DNA of 32,000 nucleotides from a virus: IMG/VR virus record IMGVR_UViG_3300045988_123082, positions 1 to 32,000 of that record; one strand, 5' to 3'. Shown piece by piece: positions 26,038 to 30,716 of this stretch (position 1 is its first letter; each line of letters starts with the position of its first letter). The notes under the pieces were generated by a model. It saw only the letters and a program-made list of their open reading frames with translations, ran no database searches and was not told where the DNA came from. The position numbers and the translations under genes were made by a program.

Positions 26038-26069
26038 AAAAAAGACCCATGTTTCCACAGATCTTTTTT
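26038..26069 (-). terminator. weak terminator-like hairpin in the leader of the packaging operon
   Basis: Minus-strand AAAAAAGAUC-(12 nt)-GGUCUUUUUU. The core stem is only ~5 bp with one G-U, and the rest is A-U. It pairs better on the minus strand than the plus strand (G-U versus C-A). Confidence 0.35.
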
Positions 26070-26148
26070 CAACGGGCACTAAAATGAAACAATCCAAGAA
26101 CTACCTTGTTTGTTCTAGAAGATGTTTTCCAATCTTCACGACTACAGA

Positions 26149-26182
26149 ATATCACGGTTTTTCTTTGTACACTGTACAAAAT
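26149..26182 (-). promoter_or_regulatory. packaging/late-operon promoter with a 17-bp palindromic box
   Basis: TTTGTACA-C-TGTACAAA (26164-26180), a 10-nt gap, then minus-strand TGATAT (26154-26149). Same box and same spacing as at 2427-2460. Confidence 0.55.
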
Positions 26183-26189
26183 GAAGAAA

Positions 26190-26640
26190 TTCAGATTTTA
26201 CCCCCTTGTCACACACCCATGACCCAGTTTTTTTGAACTCCCCACGCCGTTCCCCAAAACCCAAAAAACTTTTGAAAGATAGGGGGGTCTATGCTGATCT
26301 GATCCATGCCCAGGGCGCTTTCAGGGTTCAAAATTTGAATCATGCAGCTACCACCACACCGCACCGCTCACGGCTTCAATCATATGACATTCATATATTC
26401 ATTGACATGTTGAAACATTTTTCAACACGTCGTGTTGTAAGCGTTCTTTCATAATATGGTCATGGCTGTATTAATAGAACGCGTGCGCACGTTCTTATAT
26501 ATAGCAAACTCCAACAACTCCAACATGCATTGGATCATGCGCCCCCGTTCCATATGTTTAAGCGTGTCTCTTGTCTTCCTGGAATGAAGCAACCCACACA
26601 AAAAAAAGGACGCTCACCACGTCCATACATGTATATATTA
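26190..26640. other. ORF-free GC-rich island (candidate cos/terminase recognition region and/or structured RNA)
   Basis: Hand counts of three 60-nt blocks give 48-55% G+C, against roughly one third elsewhere. All frames are closed apart from one implausible RBS-less ORF. It contains several GC-rich palindromes (CGTGCGCACG at 26482-26491) and C/G tracts. Confidence 0.5.
26600..26624 (-). terminator. intrinsic terminator at the upstream edge of the GC-rich island
   Basis: Minus-strand GGACG-UGGUGAG-CGUCC followed by U8 (A-run 26600-26607 on the plus strand). Confidence 0.5.
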
Positions 26641-26776
26641 TTAGTCTGATAACTCTATCTTATAAGACCAAACGCAAACACTAGAGAAAGCCTTATAAAT
26701 AGGCAATCGCAAGCACGTTTGCAAAACTAAAAGCTTTTTAAAAAAATGAGCACAAAAAAATATTATTAATTTTTTA

Positions 26777-26804
26777 TTGACATATGCATGTATATGTTTA
26801 TAAT
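26777..26804 (+). promoter_or_regulatory. near-consensus sigma-A promoter of the plus-strand cassette
   Basis: TTGACA (26777-26782), 16 nt, TATAAT (26799-26804). The transcript would begin with a 5' hairpin GTGTAAGC-(10 nt)-GCTTACAC (26809-26834). Confidence 0.65.
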
Positions 26805-26903
26805 GTAAGTGTAAGCCAAATAAAAAGCTTACACAAAAGACACGGGTCAAACTTTATAGAGTTGACACGGTTAAACCCCGCATAATAGAAAGCGGTGGTA
26901 TTT

Positions 26904-27029
26904 ATGAAAACAAAAATATCCATAAATATCAAATTAGAATTTGAAATTGATATAGCGCTTATAAAGTCACAAATAAAAAGGCTTGTTATTAGTGCTATAT
27001 CACAAATAACAAACCTAATTAATTAACCA
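26904..27029 (+). CDS. possible 41-aa leader peptide ORF
   Basis: ATG 26904 lies 4 nt after GGTGGT. Translation is MKTKISINIKLEFEIDIALIKSQIKRLVISAISQITNLIN. Its 3' third is overlapped by the antisense small RNA. The frame is not conserved in repeat copy 2. Confidence 0.25.
26975..27028 (-). ncRNA. candidate ~54-nt small RNA, copy 1 (cis-antisense to the cassette leader)
   Basis: Predicted RNA: GGUUAAUUAAUUA, then stem GGUUUGUUAUUUGUG / loop AUAUAG / CACUAAUAACAAGCC, then U5. It starts ~7 nt after a consensus -10. Confidence 0.6.
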
Positions 27030-27034
27030 TTTAT

Positions 27035-27063
27035 ATTATAAACCGTGTCTTTCACTTTTTCAA
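27035..27063 (-). promoter_or_regulatory. promoter of small RNA copy 1
   Basis: Minus-strand TTGAAA (27063-27058), 17 nt, TATAAT (27040-27035). Confidence 0.65.
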
Positions 27064-27272
27064 GTTTAGGAGGTGTAAACATTGTAAGAAAAAAAAGTGG
27101 TTCTTTCAATCAAATAGAATATATAAAAGAATTTAATAAAGCCAATTATAGAAAATACGAAATTAGAGTAAGAAAAGAAAATATAGACCTTATAAAATGG
27201 CTTGATAAACAACCAAGTAAAACCGCTTATATAATAGATTTGATTGAAAAAGATATGAACAAAAACAAATAA
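27045..27272 (+). CDS. ribbon-helix-helix (Arc/CopG-like) DNA-binding protein
   Basis: ..ANYRKYEIRVRKENIDLIKWLDKQPSKTAYIIDLIEKDM.. fits the beta-strand, helix, helix pattern of RHH repressors. TAGGAGG lies at 27067-27073. The true start is uncertain (GTG 27045 has no RBS; only ATT 27081 follows the RBS in frame). Confidence 0.6.
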   Translation: MSFTFSSLGGVNIVRKKSGSFNQIEYIKEFNKANYRKYEIRVRKENIDLIKWLDKQPSKTAYIIDLIEKDMNKNK

Positions 27273-27361
27273 AAAAAACGTGAACCCCTTTCAAGTTTGG
27301 CCGCTTCCAGGAGTTCACAACAACGGCAAATATACACAAAATTCAGGAGGTTAAACCCGTC

Positions 27362-27880
27362 TTGTATATATTGCTTTTCTATTCTACCATAGACGGGTTA
27401 AAAAAGAAAATGTTATCTATTTGTGAAACTTCAACTAAACACGTGGCTTATATGGCTACACAATACGACGATTTTGCGCATTCTACAGACGGTGCAATCA
27501 TGGAAGCGCTTGGCGATGAAATTCTTGAAAATATGTATGATGATGAACTTCTTCCATTATGGTTTGAATTTAGAAGTGAACGATATAATGAATATTATTA
27601 TGAATTAGATAATGATAATCTTGATTCATGTTTATCAAGCTATGAGCCTAATGAAATTGTAAGAATGACATTGGCTGGTGACTTCCATTATTGTGACGAT
27701 TATTTCATTATTAATGATTATGAGAATTTAGAAAGTTTTTCGGATTATAGACTATTAGAAGAAGCTAGAAAAGATGATGAGTTCAAAACTTGGCTTACTG
27801 ATGAGAAAAGTGACTGGGATATGGACTGGTTAGAAGAAACTAGAAAACAATATTTAGCTTACTTAAAAGAAGGGTACTAA
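27362..27880 (+). CDS. highly acidic, aromatic-rich hypothetical protein (172 aa)
   Basis: TTG 27362 lies 11 nt after AGGAGG (27345-27350). Long D/E/Y/W-rich sequence (..NMYDDELLPLWFEF..DNDNLDSCLSSYEPNE..DEKSDWDMDWLEE..). Confidence 0.6.
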   Translation: MYILLFYSTIDGLKKKMLSICETSTKHVAYMATQYDDFAHSTDGAIMEALGDEILENMYDDELLPLWFEFRSERYNEYYYELDNDNLDSCLSSYEPNEIVRMTLAGDFHYCDDYFIINDYENLESFSDYRLLEEARKDDEFKTWLTDEKSDWDMDWLEETRKQYLAYLKEGY

Positions 27881-27962
27881 CATGTTAACCCGCAAAGATC
27901 TTGACAAGATGAGCGCCGTCCAGGTGCTCATACTTGCATTTTTAAAATTGTATTTAGCAGCG

Positions 27963-27991
27963 TGCACATCTACATTGATTATGGGTATAAT
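27963..27991 (+). promoter_or_regulatory. candidate internal promoter of the three-gene sub-operon
   Basis: TGCACA (27963-27968), 17 nt, TATAAT (27986-27991), 58 nt upstream of ATG 28049. Confidence 0.4.
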
Positions 27992-28048
27992 ATTGGGCCT
28001 TTTAAATATCATACTACCATTTATTTATTAATTGCAGGAGGTAAAACC

Positions 28049-28321
28049 ATGGAAATTTTAGAAGTTAAACTCTTGCATAAATATGCAAGAATAAGATCAT
28101 ATATGAATGATCTTATTTCTGGTAATTTTGTCATATATGACTTTTTATATGAATGTTTAGTGGATCATATTAATTCATTTATTTATGATCTTGCTTATAT
28201 AGAAAGTGAAAAAGTTATACGCGTTTATTATGATCAACTTTTAGTTGATTCTAAACAAGTAAGCAAAGAACTTTATACACTTGTTATAACAATTTTTGAA
28301 GATAATGAATGGAGGTTTTAA
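28049..28321 (+). CDS. hypothetical protein (90 aa)
   Basis: ATG 28049 lies 7 nt after AGGAGG. The longer GTG 27962 start in the ORF track lacks an RBS and overlaps the promoter. Confidence 0.6.
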   Translation: MEILEVKLLHKYARIRSYMNDLISGNFVIYDFLYECLVDHINSFIYDLAYIESEKVIRVYYDQLLVDSKQVSKELYTLVITIFEDNEWRF

Positions 28322-28323
28322 AA

Positions 28324-28554
28324 ATGAATAATAAAGAATATATTGAGTTTACAGAAAAAAAACTAGATCGACTAAATGGATCTAGCTGCAAACCTTACAC
28401 AATTACAAAACATTTAAACGGTTTATATGATTTTAACTATGGTTTAGATACCATTGCTTGGATGCTTGAACCGCGTGAACTTTGGCTACTTGCAAATACT
28501 TTATATACTTTGGATATTTTAGGAGGTATTAAAAATGACAATGTGGAAGCGTGA
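28324..28554 (+). CDS. hypothetical protein (76 aa)
   Basis: ATG 28324 after GGAGG, 2 nt after the upstream stop. Confidence 0.6.
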   Translation: MNNKEYIEFTEKKLDRLNGSSCKPYTITKHLNGLYDFNYGLDTIAWMLEPRELWLLANTLYTLDILGGIKNDNVEA

Positions 28555-29122
28555 ACGAAACCATTTTAATTATTATGTTACAAATGAGCGGAAAAAACCG
28601 CACATTTATGTTGAAGCGTTAGGAACTCCCAGCGCTTCAACTGAAAAAGTTTTAAAAGATCATGGTTTTAAATTTGATCATAATAAATGCATGTATGCAG
28701 CAGCTCAAACAAATGACTTGAGGTTGTTCGTGGCGCATGATCTTGACAAGCTTTTCAGCTATGATATTCAAATATATTTCAATACTGAAGCTAAAAAAGA
28801 ACTTTTCGCGCCTGATATCCAAGAAATAAAAGATATCTGTTATTATTTCAAAATTTATAAATGCTATGTTGATATTTTAAATAAGGATCTTTTTAAGATT
28901 TGTAAACCAGGCTCAAAATCTTTGCTTTTTACTTATAACACAAATTCAAAAACTATAGATGTATTTAATAGAAACAAATTACAAGAAAGCTATATATATA
29001 ATGATGGTAAAATCGAAAAAATGAGCATTGAAAAAGCTGCACCAAAAAAGAAAAAGAAAGCAGCACTTACAGAACAACAAAAAATCAATAATATGATTGA
29101 TGATTTTGAATTTCCATTTTAA
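28535..29122 (+). CDS. hypothetical protein (195 aa) with a Lys-rich linker and an acidic-aromatic C-terminal tip DDFEFPF
   Basis: ATG 28535 after TAGGAGG, overlapping the upstream gene by 20 nt. The C-terminus is ..KAAPKKKKKAALTEQQKINNMIDDFEFPF. Confidence 0.65.
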   Translation: MTMWKRERNHFNYYVTNERKKPHIYVEALGTPSASTEKVLKDHGFKFDHNKCMYAAAQTNDLRLFVAHDLDKLFSYDIQIYFNTEAKKELFAPDIQEIKDICYYFKIYKCYVDILNKDLFKICKPGSKSLLFTYNTNSKTIDVFNRNKLQESYIYNDGKIEKMSIEKAAPKKKKKAALTEQQKINNMIDDFEFPF

Positions 29123-29149
29123 AAGGACTTGCGAAAAGTCCTTTTTTTA
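29122..29149 (+). terminator. intrinsic terminator of the plus-strand cassette
   Basis: AAAGGACTT-GCGAA-AAGTCCTTT followed by a T-run. It begins at the stop codon. Confidence 0.75.
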
Positions 29150-29162
29150 TGTCTTCTTTTAG

Positions 29163-29197
29163 TTGGATCAGCTGCAATTCAATTGGATCAGCTGCAA
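29163..29197. repeat. two direct copies of TTGGATCAGCTGCAA with 20-bp spacing
   Basis: Copies at 29163-29177 and 29183-29197. Each contains the palindrome CAGCTG. Confidence 0.8.
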
Positions 29198-29228
29198 AAT
29201 GTTTTTCTTGTTTCTTTTGTTTGAATAT

Positions 29229-29283
29229 AAAAAAGGCTTGTTACTAGTGCTATATCACAAATAACAAACCTAATTAATTAACC
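29229..29283 (-). ncRNA. candidate ~55-nt small RNA, copy 2 (also the 3' end/terminator of the paralog operon)
   Basis: Same RNA as copy 1 with one stem change (A to G) that converts a U-A pair into U-G. It ends in U6. Confidence 0.55.
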
Positions 29284-29289
29284 ATCTAT

Positions 29290-29318
29290 ATTATAAACCG
29301 TGTTTTTCACTTTTTCAA
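29290..29318 (-). promoter_or_regulatory. promoter of small RNA copy 2
   Basis: Minus-strand TTGAAA (29318-29313), 17 nt, TATAAT (29295-29290). Confidence 0.6.
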
Positions 29319-29627
29319 TTTAAGAAGTTTCTCATTTATCATATTATATTCTATATAGTTTAGAATACTAAACACTTTCATTAAGTTTGATCCTGAATAA
29401 AGTTTAAAATACTTTGAATCCTTTTTGTGACCATTTCCAATATCTCTATTCAATAACTTTTCAACCAAACTATTAAACGTTTCTTTATTGGCTCTGTAAT
29501 ACCATAATTTTTTAGACCCATCTGTTTCTAAAGACATAACTTCTTTATCATCTGAACATACAACAACTATTGTTGTATCTTTATAACTTATATGAATATC
29601 AATATATAAAAACTTGTTTTCAAACAT
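29307..29627 (-). CDS. paralog 4 of a small-protein family (106 aa)
   Basis: GGAGGTG RBS. It shares the family pattern: an N-terminal beta hairpin (LYIDIHISYKDTTIVVVCSD), a central F..L..KLL segment, and a C-terminal KYFKLYS...F.IL. Confidence 0.6.
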   Translation of the reverse strand: MFENKFLYIDIHISYKDTTIVVVCSDDKEVMSLETDGSKKLWYYRANKETFNSLVEKLLNRDIGNGHKKDSKYFKLYSGSNLMKVFSILNYIEYNMINEKLLKLKK

Positions 29628-29645
29628 TCCAACACCTCCAGAAAC

Positions 29646-29933
29646 TTATTTATCCAGGATTAGAAAAACTTTTTCTAATTGTTCTTGAGACGTTGGAAAA
29701 AACTTTTGAGATTCTTTTTCATGCTTGCATAGAATCGAACCGTCAAAAAACTTTTCCAGCAACTGAGAAAACTTTTCTTTCTTCACATAATAAACATAAT
29801 TCACAGACACATCTTCATCATCATGCGCATTGTATTCAAAAACTTTTTCAACCATCTTAGAACACATAACACCAATTTGTACATTATCATATCTCACAAA
29901 AACTTCTTTGTAAGGAAACTTATTTTCATCCAT
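29646..29933 (-). CDS. paralog 3 of the small-protein family (95 aa)
   Basis: ATG 29933 lies 8 nt after AGGAG and is preferred to 29966. Sequence MDENKFPYKEVFVRYDNVQIGVMCS...KFSQLLEKFF... Confidence 0.6.
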   Translation of the reverse strand: MDENKFPYKEVFVRYDNVQIGVMCSKMVEKVFEYNAHDDEDVSVNYVYYVKKEKFSQLLEKFFDGSILCKHEKESQKFFPTSQEQLEKVFLILDK

Positions 29934-29955
29934 TTCATCACTCCTAAAAAATTTT

Positions 29956-30375
29956 CTACATATCAACTAATATTCTAATAAACTTTTTATATTCTTCTTC
30001 TGAGCTTAGATAAAACTTATTGCAGCCATTCATTACGTCTTCAAAGTTTAAGTACTCAATTTCATAATCTAAAAACTTTCTATATAAACTTTTGAATTGT
30101 GATTCACAAATATAATGCTTAATAACTAATATACCGTTCTTATCATAATTACACCTATAAAACTTTTCATCTGACATATAAACGCATATAATATGATCTC
30201 CGTATTGTACAAATAAACTTTGTGTACTATTGATCATAAACAGCTTATTAAGCTCATCACCTATGTTTATATATTTTTTATTGCTCATAAACAGATTATT
30301 AAGTTCATTACCTGTATTTATATATTTTTTATTTATATGTTTTTCTGTTAAAAACTTTGGTAATTTGTCTTTCAT
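29956..30375 (-). CDS. paralog 2 of the small-protein family (139 aa) with an internal 17-aa tandem duplication
   Basis: The C-terminal 90 aa are highly similar to paralog 1 (..ICESQFKSLYRKFLD.EIE..N.ED.M.GCN.FYL.SEEEYKKF.RI..). Confidence 0.65.
   Translation of the reverse strand: MKDKLPKFLTEKHINKKYINTGNELNNLFMSNKKYINIGDELNKLFMINSTQSLFVQYGDHIICVYMSDEKFYRCNYDKNGILVIKHYICESQFKSLYRKFLDYEIEYLNFEDVMNGCNKFYLSSEEEYKKFIRILVDM
30234..30335. repeat. 51-bp tandem duplication inside paralog 2
   Basis: Units 30234-30284 and 30285-30335 match at about 44 of 51 positions by eye. They encode KKYINTGNELNNLFMSN / KKYINIGDELNKLFMIN. Confidence 0.8.
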
Positions 30376-30395
30376 TTTCTTTACTCCTAAAACTT

Positions 30396-30716
30396 TTACA
30401 AGTCACTAAATATTCTTAAAAACTTTTTATATTCTTCTTCTGAATTTAGATAAAAATTATTACATCCATCCATGATATCTTCATAGTTGCAGGTCTCAAT
30501 TTCATTATCCAAAAACTTTCTATATAAACTTTTGAATTGCGATTCACAAATATGTTTCTTATGAAGTCTTACTCCTTGTACATCTCTTATAAGCGTTTCA
30601 CCTGATTTATAAACACATACAAAATAATCTTCCCATTGTACAAATAAACTTTCTGTATTATGAATCAGAAAAAACTTTTTCACTTCTGTTAAAAGCTTTG
30701 ATAATTTGTATTTCAT
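30396..30716 (-). CDS. paralog 1 of the small-protein family (106 aa from the internal start)
   Basis: The internal ATG 30716 is preceded by TTTTAGGAGTAAAGAAA, the same RBS context as paralog 2. The reading frame stays open upstream into the tail-tube fragment. Confidence 0.6.
   Translation of the reverse strand: MKYKLSKLLTEVKKFFLIHNTESLFVQWEDYFVCVYKSGETLIRDVQGVRLHKKHICESQFKSLYRKFLDNEIETCNYEDIMDGCNNFYLNSEEEYKKFLRIFSDL

Larger units (their letters stand above)
26973..27068. repeat. copy 1 of a ~96-bp direct repeat
   Basis: ATAAAAAGGCTTGTTATTAGTGCTATATCACAAATAACAAACCTAATTAATTAACCATTTATATTATAAACCGTGTCTTTCACTTTTTCAAG recurs at 29227-29322 with a few substitutions and one extra A. Confidence 0.9.
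29227..29322. repeat. copy 2 of the ~96-bp direct repeat
   Basis: Same orientation as copy 1. It overlaps the last 5 codons and the stop of gene 29307..29627. Confidence 0.9.

Noticed and set aside
26206-26454. 82-aa plus-strand ORF inside the GC-rich island
   Set aside because: It has a non-ATG start and no Shine-Dalgarno sequence. Its Pro/Arg/His/Thr-rich composition looks like a by-product of the C-rich strand, and it lies antisense to the phage transcription direction. It is treated as non-coding.
25559-26640. HEARO/omega-RNA-type guide RNA next to an HNH gene (IscB/IsrB-like system)
   Set aside because: The HNH protein is a 147-aa packaging-associated endonuclease overlapping terS. It has no RuvC or PLMP domains, so an IscB-type system does not fit.
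26641-26850. 69-aa minus-strand ORF
   Set aside because: It covers the AT-rich divergent promoter region, including the consensus plus-strand promoter. It has no RBS and a Phe/Leu/Lys/Cys composition typical of random AT-rich ORFs.
26869-27358. Recurring GGTTAAACCC motif (26869-26878 and 27349-27358, plus partial copies near 27396 and 27884)
   Set aside because: The motif is short, with only two full copies. One overlaps an RBS and the 9-bp hairpin arm already described. The evidence is insufficient to call it a binding site.
27909-27945. Hairpin ATGAGC-(11 nt)-GCTCAT after the acidic-protein gene as a terminator
   Set aside because: It has a 6-bp stem and a large loop, and the T-run is separated from the stem by 7 nt. 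It may attenuate transcription, but it is not convincing as an intrinsic terminator.
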